A stretch of DNA of 64,000 nt. It comes from Pristiophorus japonicus (taxonomy: Eukaryota). Position numbers and translations under genes: made by a program. Below are positions 24,793 to 38,166 of this stretch, piece after piece. The stretch's first letter is position 1. Each line of letters starts with the position of its first letter. Where the stretch lies: contig NC_091991.1 in NCBI RefSeq assembly GCF_044704955.1, positions 152,644,001-152,708,000 of the forward strand, given 5' to 3'. Under the pieces are notes generated by a model. That model did not search any database. It saw nothing but the letters and a program-made list of their open reading frames with translations, and had not been told where the DNA came from.

Positions 24793-25663
24793 GACACAAA
24801 AAATCTGCAAAAGGACATAGACAGACTAAGTGAGTGGGCAAATATTTGGCAGATGGAGTATAATGTCGGAAAGTGTGAGGTCATGCACTTTGGCAGAAAA
24901 AAAAAATCAAAGAGCAAGTTATTATTTAAATGGAGAAAGATTGCAAAGTGTCGCAGTACAGCAGGACCTGGGGGTACTTGTGCATGAAACACCAAAGGTT
25001 AGTATGCAAGTACTGCAAGTGATCAGGAAGGCCAATGATATCTTGGCCTTTATTGCAAAGGTGATGGAGTATAAAAGCAGCTATATAAGGTATTGGTGAG
25101 GCCACACCTGGAATACTGCGTGCAGTTTTGCTTTCCATATTTACGAAAGGATATACTTATTTTGGAGGCAGTTCAAAGAAGGTTCACTAGGTTGATTTCG
25201 GGGATGAGGGCGTTGACTTATGAGGAATGATTGAGTAGTTTGGGCCTCTACTCATTGGAATTCAGAAGAATGAGAGGTGATCTTATTGAAACGTATAAGA
25301 TTATGAAGGGGCTTGACAAGGTGGATGCAGAGAGGATGTTTCCACTGATGGGGGAGACTAGAACTAGAGGGCACGATCTTAGAATAAGGGGCCGCCCATT
25401 TAAAACAGAAATTAGGAGAAATTTCTTCTCCCAGAGGGTTGTAAATCTGTGGAATTCCCTGCCTCAGAGAGCTGTAGAAGCTGGGACATTGAATAAATTT
25501 AAGACAGAAATAGACAGTTTCTTAAACGATAAGGGGTTATGGGGAGCGGGTGGGGAAGTGGAGCTGAGTCCATGATCAGATCAGCATGATCTTATTGAAT
25601 GGCAGAGCAGGCTCGAGGGGCCGTATGGCCTACTCCTGTTCCTATTTCTTATGCTCTTATGTT
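24793..25663 (+). mobile_element. CR1 LINE, 5'-truncated
   Basis: RT C-terminal motifs and tail ttcttatgctcttatg. Confidence 0.93.
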
Positions 25664-26742
25664 CCTGAATGCCAAGCCTACCATAGGCCTTCTTACCATC
25701 TTAAACATGTACCTGAAGAGGGATATAGGACCTTCGCTTTAACATCTCATTCACTGGTTTCCAAAAAGCCACAGCCATTTGAGAGTGAGTATTAAAACCA
25801 GACATTGAGACGGTAACCCATGGTAATCAGGAACAATATGTAGTTCATTATCTCATCTCAGGGGCTCCCATTAAACATTCACACCTGGAGGGGTGGTCAC
25901 TTCCTGTTCAGCTTTGCATAAATCTTCAAAAGGGAGAAAAAACAGAATTGCTTGATTAGCAGCTCTTCTGGCCAATCACAGGAAAGGGGGAGGTGTCAGG
26001 AACAAAGCCCAACTTCCTGTTGGAGAGGAAACAAGGGAACAAAAAGACCCGCATATAGTCCATTAGGTTTTCAAACAGAAGTTGCGAGTGCAAGCTTTAG
26101 CTAGCCTACAAGGAGAATGTAGAAGGGTAATTAGGAGTTACTTTATTTTAATCAAGTAAGATGGCCCACAGATGTAGGGAAGCATAGTGTGTTAATTATT
26201 TTTGTATTATTACACAAAGACAAATTGAACTCATTGCAGTAAGTGAGTACATTTGCTGTGACAAATTCAGATTTGATCTTATCTCACCAGAGGTTTCCAC
26301 CATCCACATTCAAAAAGACTGAAGACACACACATGCAAAAGACGTGAATATCCAGTTCAGATTGTAACAGCCCTGGATTACTAGGTTGTATAGTTAGATA
26401 TTGGGGAGTATGGTTGCACCCCTGAACATAAGACATTCAGACCACATTCTGAGTGAGCAGCACTACTGTCCCTAATAGAACATCTTCGGCAGACCCTAAA
26501 CATTGTGACAATAGTGAAAAGGAAACTGCCCCTCCCAAAATCTTCCGTTCGACAGACAGTGATAATTCTTCTGTGTCTAACAACAATTCAACTTTTTCTT
26601 TTAAACTTCATTTTATAAAAGTTTGCATGAACTAAAAAAAAAATCAATGGAGCAGGAGAGCTCTGGAAAAAAAATGAAAACAAACTGCGACATTGCATGA
26701 ACAGAAAAAGCATTGCATTACACATACGCAGCACTGCACCAT

Positions 26743-26917
26743 CAGCCATGGCTCAGTGGGTAGCACGCTTGCCTCAGAGTCAGAAGGTTGTGGGTTCAAA
26801 GCCGCGTTTCCTACATTCCAACAGTGACTACACTTGAAAAATAGTTAATTGGCTGGAAAGCACTTTGGGACATCCTGAGATCATGAAAGGTGTTATATAA
26901 ATGCACATCTTTCTTTT
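26743..26917 (+). mobile_element. DeuSINE with internal deletion
   Basis: The tRNA head joins directly (gggttcaaa|gccgcgtttcc) to the 3' tail. Confidence 0.75.
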
Positions 26918-27548
26918 CATGAATTCCCTTTCATCATTTCATCACAAGTAAAAGGCACAGAGTTTCAATGCAGATAATTTCCACATAGCCATCAGTTGCC
27001 TGAGGGTGATCATTAGTACCATTATGCCACCAGATCGCAGTGTCATACTAATGGTTCAAATCACACGGTGTTCTGGGAGTATTTTTCCCTCCTACAGCAA
27101 TGTGCAAAAGCACTATTAACACACAGAAAACTACTTGTGTCTTTACTCACCAGTTAAAAGGGAGCTTTATAAAAATCCAATTAAAGAGCTCTCCACTACT
27201 GGCATGTATAGTTTCCCTGCATACTTTAGCAAGAAATAATAAGCCACTGTGACATTAGTGTCTTGTGGCACAGGTCTGCTAATAATCTCTGCAATAGCTT
27301 GCGGTAAATACGAAGCATTCAGTTTGAAGCTTGTTTCTCTCATGTGCACGACATTGTAACTCTTGGATATTGGGCATTTATCGCCGAGACATTTGTGCAG
27401 TTCTCACTCTCTTCGGCAGAAGGGTATTGTGAACATTTGATCAAGCTGTCAGTCACACACAGGTAGCACTAAGGGTCATCGACCTGAAAGGTTAACCCTC
27501 TCTCCACAGAGATTGCCAAGTGTTTCAAAGCTCTTTCTGGTTTATTTA

Positions 27549-27810
27549 ACATAGGAACAGCCATTCGGCCTCTCGAGCCTGTTCCACCATTCAATCAGAT
27601 CATGGCTGAGCTGCACCTCAACTCCATTGACCCACCTATGGGCCATATTCATTGATAACCTTACCTCACAAAAATCTGTCAATCTCAAGTCTTGAAAATG
27701 TCATTTGACCCCCAGCATCCACAGCTTTTTGGAGGAAGCGAGTTCTAAATTTCCACTCAATCTTTGTGTGAAGAAGTACTTTGTGATTTCGGTGCTAAAT
27801 GGCCTGGCTC
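27549..27810 (-). mobile_element. Old CR1 3' end
   Basis: gccattcggcctctcgagcctgttccaccattcaatcagatcatggctga. Confidence 0.7.
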
Positions 27811-28154
27811 TACTTTTGCCTATTGTCACCGTGCATCACATTCATTAAAGAGGTTGAGTGTCTTCTGTTGAAGAGCAGTCGTGGATTTGTATTGCCTGGC
27901 AGCACTGGAGATATAGGCAGCATGCCCTTTACTGCCAGCCTGTTTATCCTGCAAATTTCTGCTGCCATGGCAAACAATTTCTTTTTAAAAGAAGAACTGC
28001 ACAAGCACAACGAACATGGCTTGAATGGGCATAGGAACTGGCATTTTCACGGCCCCTGAGAAATGATGGTAGTCAAGAGACCAAATTTGTGAGCCCCAGG
28101 GCCACAGTGGCTTAGTCTTCTTCATTTGTTTTTATTCCACCACAGTTTAACAGT

Positions 28155-28605
28155 AATAGCTTACATTTATATAGCGCCTGTAAAGTAGTAAAACGTCCCA
28201 AGGCGCTTCGCAGGAGTGTTATCAGACAAAATTTGACACAAAGCCACATAAGGAGATATTGGGACAGGTGACCAAAAGCTTGGTCAAAGAGGGAGGTTTC
28301 AAGGAGCATCTTAAAAATTGGAGAAAGAGGTGGAGAGGTTGAGGGAGAGAATTCTAGGTTAGGGCCCAGGCAGCTGAACGCATGACTGCCAAATGGTGGG
28401 ATGAAGTGCGAGATGCGTAAGAGGCCAGAGCTGGAGGAAGTTAGAGAGGAGGATGGTGTCTTTCATGATGTCAAAGGCAGCAGACAGGTCAAGAAGAATG
28501 AAGATGGATAGTGCACCACGGCAACAGTCATGTCGGATGCCATTTGTCAATTTGATTATTGACGTTTCAGTGCTGTGGCGGGGGCAGAAAACTTATTGGA
28601 GATCC
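28155..28605 (-). mobile_element. L2 LINE fragments (3' UTR plus RT piece)
   Basis: Antisense L2 tail and ILLDLSAAFD RT motif. Confidence 0.8.
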
Positions 28606-29064
28606 TGCTTTCTTAAGCCAAATTTTAATCAACAGAACTTGATAAATGAGAAGTTAATTTAGACAAGTTCCCCATCGCTGCCCAGAGAGTGCCTGATGCA
28701 CCATTGATCTTATGTTGTGTTCGTTTGTTGAAGAACAACCTCCATTAACTAATATTTTGCAAATACTCATTGCAGCGGATGTGTAAACAGGTCGTTGTAA
28801 AAATATGAATAATTTATTTTGGACTGTATTCAAAGCCGTTTCTATGACAGATGCAAGGTAATGGTTTGAACTCAGCCATTCATCCCAGCGTCACAGATGA
28901 AATCCGAATAAATATTCATTTCCATCCAGCTAAATAATACATGAGGTGTTAGAAATAAGTGTTATTTGCAAATTAATCTGAATGAAGAAGAGCATTTGCA
29001 CCATTTAATTGGAGAGATGAATTTGCATAATTCTTCATTAACAATTTGATATTCGATAGTCACT

Positions 29065-31240
29065 AATAAATCCAATAGTTCAATTCAGAAGAAACTTCTT
29101 TACCCAGAGAGTGGTTAGACTGTGGAACTCTGCCACAAGGAGTAGTTGAGGCGAATAGCCTAGATGCATTTAAGGGGAAGCGAGATGAAGTAGACGAGGG
29201 AGAAAGGAATAGAAGGATATAGAAACATAGAAAATAGGTGCAGGAGTAGGCCATTCAGCCCTTCGAACCTGCACCGCCATTCAATGAGTTCATGGCTGAA
29301 CATGCAACTTCAGTACCCCATTCCTGCTTTCTTGCCATACCCCTTGATCCCCCTAGTAGTAAGGACTACATCTAACTCCTTTTTGAATATATTTAGTGAA
29401 TTGGCCTCAACAACTTTCTGTGGTAGAGAATTCCACAGGTTCACCACTCTCTGGGTGAAGAAGTTTCTCCTCATCTCGGTCCTAAATGGCTTACCCCTTA
29501 TCCTTAGACTGTGTCCCCTGGTTCTGGACTTCCCCAACATTGTGAACATTCTTCCTGCATCTAACCTGTCTAAACCCATCAGAATTTTAAACATTTCTAT
29601 AAGGTCCCCTCTCATTCTTCTGAACTCCAGTGAATACAAGCCCAGTTGATTTAGTCTTTCTTGATAGGTCAGTCCCGCCATCCCGGGAATCAGTCTGGTG
29701 AACCTTCGCTGCACTCCCTCAATAGCAAGAATGTCCTTCCTCAGGTTAGGAGACCAAAACTGTGCACAATACTCCAGGTGTGGCCTCACCAAGGCCCTGT
29801 ACAACTGTAGCAACACCTCCCTGCCCCTGTACACAAATCCCCTCGCTATGAAGGCCAACATGCCATTTGCTTTCTTAACCGCCTGCTGTACTTGCATGCC
29901 AACCTTCAATGACTGATGTACCATGACACCCAGGCCTCATTGCACCTCCCCTTTTCCTAATCTGTCACCATTCAGGTAGTAGTCTGTCTCTCTGTTTTTA
30001 CCACCAAAGTGGACAACCTCACATTTATCCACATTATACTTCATCTGCCATGCATTTGCCCACTCACCTAACCTATCCAAGTCGCTCTGCAGCCTCATAG
30101 CATCTTCCTCGCAGCTTATACTGCCACCTAACTTAGTGTCATCTGCAAATTTGGAGATACTACATTTAATCCCCTCGTCTAAATCATTAATATACAGTGT
30201 AAACAGCTGGGGCCCCAGCACAGAACCTTGCGGTACCCCACTAGTCACTGCCTGCCATTCTGAAAAGTCCCCATTTACTCCTACTCTTTGCTTCCTGTCT
30301 GACAACCATTTCTCAATCCATGTCAGCACACTACCCCCAATCCCATGTGCTTTAACTTTGCACATTAACCTCTTTTGTGGAACCTTGTCGAAAGCCTTCT
30401 GAAAGTCCAAATATACCACATCAAATGGTTCTCCCTTGTCCACTCTACTGGAAACATCCTCAAAAAATTCCAAAAGATTTGTCAAGCATGATTTCCCTTT
30501 CACAAATCCGTGCTGACTTGGACCTATCATGTCACCTCTTTCCAAATGCGCTGCTATGACATCCTTAATAATTGATTCCATCATTTTACCCACTACCGAT
30601 GTCAAGCTGACCGATCTATAATTCCCTGTTTTCTCTCTCCCTCCTTTTTTTAAAAGTGGGGTTACATTGGCTACCCTCCACTCGATAGGAACTGATCCAG
30701 AGTCAATGGAATGTTGGAAAATGACTGTCAATGCATCCGCTATTTCCAAGGCCACCTCCTTAAGTACTCTGGGATGCAGTCCATCAGGCCCTGGAGATTT
30801 ATCGGCCTTTAATCCCATCAATTTCCCCAACACAATTTCCCGACTAATAAGGATTTCCCTCAGTTCCTCCTCCTTACTAGACCCTCTGACCCTTCTTATA
30901 TCCGGAATGTTGTTAGTGTCCTCCTTAGTGAATACCGAACCAAAGTACTTGTTCAATTGGTCCGCCATTTCTTTGTTCCCCGTTATGACTTCCCCTGATT
31001 CGGATTGCAGGGGACCTACATTTGTCTTTACTAACCTTTTTCTCTTTACATATCTATAGAAACTTTTGCAATCCGTCTTAATGTTCCCTGCAAGCTTCTT
31101 CTCGTACTACATTTTCCCTGCCCTAATCAAACCCTTTGTCCTCCTCTGCTGATAGGATTACATAAAGAGGGGATGGGAGGAGGCTCGTGTGCATGGACTA
31201 ATTGGGCCGAATGGCCTGTATGTGTTGTACATTCTAAGTA
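29065..31240 (+). mobile_element. Older CR1-type 3' end split by a younger CR1
   Basis: Same family as 20230-20690. It breaks at ...gaatagaaggat and resumes at gctgatagg...ttgggccgaatggcctg. Confidence 0.75.
29219..31148 (-). mobile_element. CR1 LINE, 5'-truncated, with almost the whole RT
   Basis: ORFs of 343 aa and 204 aa (KSPGPDG, YLDFQKAFDKVP, FADDTKL) separated by one stop. Confidence 0.95.
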
Positions 31241-31454
31241 ACACACATCGAGTGCATTCTCTTGAAGTTGGGGAAAGAGGCAGGGCTTCCTTGTTAGAAA
31301 GTCCATCAAAAAATTATTTCCCACCTGGTCTCTAACTGAAAATAATCCTTCCTTCTATTCCTGCACAAATGACAGATGAACAGATCTCTGAGGCACACAG
31401 AAAGCTAGTGGCACACCTCACTTTCCTCTTCTGAGAGGAATGTGCCCACATATT

Positions 31455-32839
31455 GGGCCCAAGTTTGCCCCCCTGCTTAAAACGGCGCACCTCCATGAAG
31501 AAGAAATACCACGCCGAAAACTTACCTCAGTATTCTCCCTGCTCCTGGAACATCGTATTGTGAATGGTAACTTTTATGTGTAGGAAGAGGAGGAGAAATC
31601 ACTTTAATTTCAAGTGATGAATCAGGAAATTTGAAGTTGCAAACCTGTGTTTTCTTTTAATAACTAAAATTTTAGATGCAATGTCAATATATGCTTGCAT
31701 TTTAAAATTAATATTTTATTAAGGTAGTTAAAGCAGCTGTATATTAACACTTAAATAATTTGAACAACCTGTCGATTTTTTCCCCCCGTTATTCTCCTTC
31801 ACCCTCCCCCCATCCCAAAGCGGGAAACCTTCAACCGCAGGTCCAGTAAGGCGGCCGATTCCGACCTCATCGGACTTCCAGAAACGGGGATTTTGACTCT
31901 CCCGGCTGTGGCTGGCCTCAACCCGGCCTCAACCTTCAGCCCTGGTCGCTTCTGTCTCTCCAGCGATTTCTAGTTAATGATTTATCCAGCCTGGCACTTA
32001 ATTTCTTTAGCGATCAAGTCTCGACTTTTGGTTAATGATCTGATCCTCCCCCAGCCTCCCCAGGGCTGAACTCGAGCGTGTCGGCTGATCTCCGAACTCC
32101 TTTCGGGGCTAAATGGAGTTGTCTGCGGTCCCTCATGCGAGGGAGCTGAAGCCCCCTGCCTCTGCCAGGTTTCAGGCTGTCGTTTTTAAAGTCTGACCAA
32201 AAACCCGAAAAATAGGCAAAAAGGGAAAAAATTCCCGCCCGAAAAGGGTTGAAAGGGGGTGGGATGGCAGCCCTTAGTTTCTGCTGCTCTTTCGTAAGGA
32301 AAGAAGAGGGAACAATGTTTAAACTTATCGCTAACAAATCTCTCAGTTGGTGCTTTAGGTGCAGGGTTCCTTCTACTTTTTATTTGTTAATTAATTGCTT
32401 ATTATTTTTTGTGCTTTGTTTTGTGCTTTGTAAGCCTTGGTGCTTTCCTTGTATTTTTTACTTGTTATTGTGCTTTGTTTAGTGCTTGGTGCTTTAAATG
32501 TACTGCTTTTAATGCTTAGTGCTTTAAATGTACTGCTTTTAGTGCTTGGTGCTTTAAATGTACTTACCTGAGCTGATTTCTTAGCTCACCGCAAGGTTTT
32601 TCTGTGCGGACACAAGTCATACACTGGCCTAAGTTAGTTTGGATAACTTTTAGCTGGCCAAAACAGGCATAAGTGGCTGGTAATGCCCTCTTTTTAAAAA
32701 AAATAAAACTAAAAAAAACCTAACTAACTCACTTACACTGGAGCAAATTAAATGGGCAGAATTGCGATTTTTAAGATGCTCCAAAAAAAATCTAGTTGCT
32801 CCAAAAAAAGCGGAGCAACTCCTGGGCAAACTTGGGCCC
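31455..32839. mobile_element. Harbinger-type element related to 14374-15426 (opposite orientation)
   Basis: TIR gggcccaagtttgccc / gggcaaacttgggccc. 32560-32839 is antisense-similar to 14374-14670. Confidence 0.75.
32480..32565. repeat. Short tandem repeat, about 30-bp unit x3
   Basis: gtgcttggtgctttaaatgtactgctttta repeated. Confidence 0.8.
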
Positions 32840-32872
32840 CATGAGATCTAAAGTATTTCCAGGTTTTTCTCA

Positions 32873-33475
32873 ACAACTTGCATTTATATAGTACCTTTAA
32901 TGTAGTAAACTGTTCCAAAGCGCTTCACAGCAGCATCATCAGACAACATTTGACACCGAGCCACGCAAGGAAATATTAGGACAGGTGACTAAAAGCTTGG
33001 TCAAAAAGATAGGTTTTAAGGAGTATCCTTAAAGGAGAAATACAGGAACAGGAGTAGGTCATTCACCCCCTCGAGCCTATTCTGCCATTCAATTAGATCA
33101 TGGCTGATCTGTATCTTAACTCCATCTACCCACCTTGGTTCTGTAACCCTTAATAACCTTGCATAACAAAAATCTAGCAATCTCAGTTTTTAAATTTTCA
33201 TATGACCCCCAGCCTCAAAAACATTCTGGAGGAGAGAGACAGAGAGGTTCAGGGAGGGAATTCCAGAGCTCAGGGCCTTGATGGCTAAAGGCACTGCCGC
33301 TAATGGTGGGGCAAAGGAAGTGGAGGATGAAGAATTGGAGGAACACAGAGATCTCGGAGGGTTGGAGGAGGTCACTAAGATGGAAGGGGAGGCAGGATGA
33401 GTGGCCATGGAGGGGATTGAACATGAGAATGAGAATTTTAAAGGCGAGGCGTCGATGGACTGGGGGTCAGTGTAG
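32873..33475 (-). mobile_element. L2 3' end with nested CR1 3' end (about 33040-33220)
   Basis: L2 sequence is continuous on both sides of caggaacaggagtaggtcattc...ctcagtttttaaattttc. Confidence 0.75.
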
Positions 33476-33484
33476 GTTCCTCCG

Positions 33485-35027
33485 CTGATTTTCACCTCTC
33501 GAGCACAAGGGTGCTGAAGCCAATTCTAAGCTGCACCACTGCATCAATGAAGATCGTCACAGATTGAAGGCTAAACCTGAAACTGTCCCGATCTGTAGGG
33601 CTGCGATTTCGCCGACCACGGCAAGTCTGGGGTGGCTGAGGTTTAGAGCGAGATGCCAGCCTGATCCTGGCTGCAACCCACTCTCTCCAAGTTCCAAATG
33701 ATTCCACCTTGATGGGGCCTGTTAAGCCGCCCAGTGAGGTTCCCAGCCAATTAAAAGGAAGCGGGTCTGATAAGGTCATTTGATGACATATCATCTGTCG
33801 GTTTCCTTAAAAGGACCACGCCCACATTGATTCTGACAATTGTGTTCTACAGCATTGAGCTGCTGCAAACACTGACAAGCACTGCACAAAGGTAAGTTGG
33901 TGTGAGTAAAGTTGTGTAGGTGTAGGGTAGGGAGGCAGAGTGAAGGGGATGTGATGAGTGGCACAGCAGGATGAGGTTGAGTGTGGCTTTGCAGCAATGT
34001 TTCGTGATCTACTAAGATCATTGAAAGGTTTGCATCACTGCAGCCTGGTCCTCCTGACGAAATCCCTGCTTGTTTCTGTTTCTGTTAATGTGTTGTCAAA
34101 CATTGAAATCTTTATTTGTGTTCTTGGTCAGATTTGTGTGCACTTTTGGAAGTGGCTTAGTGAGTTGCAGTGAATGGTGAGACATAAGGGTAACCCCCGC
34201 AATGGTGATAATTGTGAAAGGAATAGCTTGGGCATTGCAGGGATGCTTTATGGTGCTGGTGTGGAGTGGTGCCAACCTGGTGCATCATGTGACAGCCAGA
34301 GTGTACAGCATCAAGTGAAGTAAATCTGGCCACGGTGAAGCCATCCTGTCCATGTGGTCCAGTGCTGATGCCCTGTGTCCTGTGCAGCAATGTTGATTGC
34401 AGAGAAGGTTGGTGCTGCTGGTGTGCCTGGTGATGCTGGTGTTGGGATTCTGAGGACCAAGGTGAGATTTTTTCCAAAGGCACCGATGCTGATGGAATAG
34501 ATGGCAAGTGAAGTTGAGATGACAGAAGCGATCTGTCAATGGTGGGAGAGGTTGTTCCAATGAGCTGACACTGGATAGAGTGTTTGCTCCAAACACTTGC
34601 TAGCTGCGTAAAGCTCAATTTGTCTTCCAAATGCAGTAAACAACAGCTTCTAACCTTGGAAAGTGAACTATCAAATGGGAGCTTTTATAGACCACTTGCA
34701 GCTTGTCAAGTTAATGAATCATCCCATGCTGACACAACACCCGACCTCCTTGCCTGACGTGATCCCCGAGCAGCGGGGAAGCCGTTGGCGAGCTCTAAAA
34801 GGTGAGCTTAAAATAGTATTTAAGTTCCTTTTAACAAGCTCTTAATAATCTAAGTTGCCTCTCCCACCGCTTGGTGTTGTGTCTGTTCAGCGCTGACAGA
34901 CCCCACACCTGGGAGACTAGCGTGGAGGCGGGTTGACAGTGGGCTCCTGACCCGCTGTCAATCATTTCAATTGTGACAGCTGACCCGCCTCCGATCCCGT
35001 CCTCTCGGCGTCGGTAAAATTCCGGCC
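33485..35027 (+). mobile_element. Non-autonomous Harbinger-derived element, copy 2 (internally rearranged)
   Basis: Colinear with about 995-1180 and 1664-2400. Right terminus ggtaaaattccggcc. Confidence 0.7.
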
Positions 35028-35742
35028 TATGTCTCAGTTGCACACTTTGTCAGGCAATTTTCCCAGTGAGTCACCAGGGCATTTTTTTTTAAATCTGCAA
35101 TAAACCCTAATTTATTATTGCTAATGCTGATTGCTTGAAACACTTATGCTTCTAGTCTCTGACAGCACTATATGGAAAAGAAACTGTTATTCACTGAAGT
35201 AAGAAATTAAATGTCAATCCTAATTCACTCAAAGACTTTCTTTCTAAACATGCAGAGCCCTAAAATGCACAGTCCACTGAAGTGCCCCATGATATTATTT
35301 TTGCAATATAGGGTTAGGTTTATAAGAGTCACGTTTTTGCACACATTTATTAAAAGTACAAAGTATTGTTGAAGCAGTCCTGCGGGTCAACTGTTTGAGC
35401 ACTTATCTCCCAAAGTAGGTCACATCATGAGCTACGCTGTTTGTAGCGAGCTTGTCAATCTTGACTAATTTGCCACGGTTGGGTGGGTTCACCAGCTCTT
35501 GGCTGGCTTGTATGAAGGAGAAATATTCGGTACAAATTAAACAGCGAGGTGTGGGGGGTGGGGGGGAAGATGCTGGCAATGCTGGAAATCAGAAACATAA
35601 ACAGAAACACACCACGGGTCAGTCAGCATCTGTAACAGAGAGAGATAAAACATACAGTGGGGTCCATTTTGACTTTGTGCAATTGTGTGAGTGCGAGTTG
35701 GCAGCCACTTTACACTGCTCCCATTTTTTTTACATGTCCATT

Positions 35743-37106
35743 GAATCATGGAATCATAGAAATTTACAGCATGGAAGGAGGCCATTTCGGCCCATCGTGT
35801 CCGCACAGGCCGACAAAGCTATCCAGCCTAATCCCACTTTCCAGCTCTAGGTCCGTAACCCTGCAGGTTACGGCACTTCAAGTGCACAACCAAGTACTTT
35901 TTAAATGTGGTGAGGGTTCCTGCCTCTACAACCCTTTCAGGCAGTGAGTTCCAGACCCCCACCGCCCTCTGGGTGAAAACATTTCCTCTCAAATCCCCTC
36001 TAAACCTCCTACCAATTATTTTAAATCTATGCCCCCTGGTTATTGACCCCTCTGCTAAGGGAAATAGGTCTTTCCTATCCGCTCTATCCAGGCCCCTCAT
36101 TATTTTATACACCTCAATAAGATCTCCCCTCAGCCTCCTCTCTTCCAAAGAAAACAAACCTAGCCTACCCAATCTTTCCTCATAGCTAAAATTCTCCAGT
36201 CCAGGCAACATCCTCACAAATCTCCCCTGTACCCTCTCTAGTGCAATCACATCGTTCCTGTAATGTGGTGACCAGAACTGCACGCAGTATCGAGCTGTGG
36301 TCGAACAAGTGTTTTATACAGTTCAAGCATAACCTCCCTGCACTTGTATTCTATGCCTCGGCTAATAAAGACAAGTATTCCGAATGCCTTCTTAACAATC
36401 TTATCTACCTGGCCTGCTACCTTCAGGGATCTGTGGACATGCACTCCAAGGTCGCTTTGTTCCTCTACACTTCTCAATGTCCTACCATTTAGTGTGTATG
36501 CCCTTGCCTTGTTAGCCCTCCCAAATGCATTACCACACACTTCTCCAGAATGAATTCCATTTGCCACTGTTCTGCCCACCTGACCAGTACACTCAAATCT
36601 TCCTGCAGTCTATAGCTTTCTTCTTCATTATCAACCACACAGTCGATTTTAGTATCATCTGCAAACTTCTTAATCATACCCCCTATATTCAAGTCTCGAT
36701 CATTGATTTTTATCACAAAAATCAAGGGGCCGAGTACTGAGCCCTGCGGAACAGCACTGGAAACAGCCTTCCAGTCACAAAAACACCCATCAACCGTTAC
36801 CCTTTGCTTCCTGCCTCTGTGCCAATTTTGGATCTAACTTGACAATTTGCCATGGATCCCATGGGCTTTTACTTTCATGACCAGTCTACCATGTGGGACC
36901 TTATCAAAAGCCTTGCTAACATCCATATACACTACACACTGCTCTCATCAATCCTCCTTGTTACCTCTTCAAAAAATTCAATCAAGTTAGTCAGACACGA
37001 CCTTCCCTTAACAAATCCATGTTGACTGTCCTTGATTAATCAGCGTTTTTCTAAATGAAGATTTCTCCTGTTCCTCAGAATTTTTTCCAATAATTTTCCC
37101 ACCACC
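35743..37106 (-). mobile_element. CR1 LINE of a further subfamily, decayed
   Basis: KFADDTKI, LVRPQL, QFWSPHYRND, and tail (tctatgat)n. Confidence 0.9.
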
Positions 37107-37268
37107 TAAAGTCAACGGAAATTAGCTATCACCCGCTTTACACATTCACACAAAGTCAAAATTATCCCCAATGTCTTTCTTGAGAACAGAGTGTGAGGGA
37201 TGAGCAAATATCATAATAGAATCAGGAAAAAGGGGAGGACGGGTAGGAGGAAAACTCAAGATAATAAC

Positions 37269-37514
37269 TGTCATGTATGTAACCACAATGTAACACCACT
37301 GTATTACTGTATACACTCAACCTAAATGCACACCTTGACCACAAGGGGTGAACTTGTGGGAGATACTCCTTACCTGATCACACAGGTATATAAAGGGAGG
37401 TCCCATGCAGGATCATCACTTGCGGTCCTGTGAATAAAGAGTTAAGGTCACTGAGTGACCTTGTTCCCTAAATGTGCCTCGTGTGGTTTCATATTGTAGA
37501 GTAAGGACTTTATA
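37269..37514 (+). repeat. 5' LTR of Gypsy-1
   Basis: TG...TA (CA in the 3' copy), tatataaa and aataaa. About 10 substitutions and 1 indel versus the 3' LTR by manual count. Confidence 0.92.
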
Positions 37515-37542
37515 TTGGTGACGAGAAACGGGAATTTACGAC

Positions 37543-38157
37543 ATAGGAACATAAGAATTAGGAACAGGAGTAGGCCATCGAGCCCCTCGAGCCTGCTCCG
37601 CCATTCAATAAGATCATGGCTGATCTGGCCATGGACTCAGCTCCACTTCCCCGCCCACTCCCCGTAACCCTTAACTCCCTTATTGGTTAAAAATCTATCT
37701 ATCTGTGACTTGAATACATTCAATGAGCTAGCCTCAACTGCTTCCTTGGGCAGAGAATTTCACAGATTCACAACCCTCTGGGAGAAGAAATTCCTTCTCA
37801 ACTCGGTTTTAAACTGGTTTCCCTATATTTTCAGGCTGTGCCCCTAGTTCTAGTCTCCCCTACCAGTGGAAACAACCTCTCTGCCTCTATCTTGTCTATC
37901 CCTTTCATTATTTTAAATGTTTCTATAAGATCACCCCTCATCCTTCTGAACTCCAGCGAATAAAGACCCAGTCTACTCAATCTATCATCATAAGGTAACC
38001 TCCTCATCTCCGGAATCAGCCTAGTGAATCGTCTTTGTACCCCCTCCAAAGCCAGTATATCCTTCCTTAAGTAAGGTGACCAAAACTGCACGCAGTACTC
38101 CAGGTGCGGCCTCACCAATACCCTATACAGTTGCAGCAGGACCTCCCTGCTTTTGTA
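37543..38157 (-). mobile_element. CR1 inserted in the Gypsy-1 leader between PBS and gag
   Basis: Tail ataggaacataagaattagg and LEYCVQFWSPYL. Same subfamily as 53367-54555. Confidence 0.92.
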
Positions 38158-38166
38158 CCCACGTGA

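Noticed and set aside
27145-27185. gtgagt donor preceded by DFYKAPF, reminiscent of RAB26 exon 1 end
   Set aside because: There is a stop codon before the donor and the position is wrong relative to exon order.
32480-32565. Regularly spaced ~30-bp repeats as a CRISPR-like array
   Set aside because: Head-to-tail tandem units without unique spacers, in vertebrate DNA with no cas genes.
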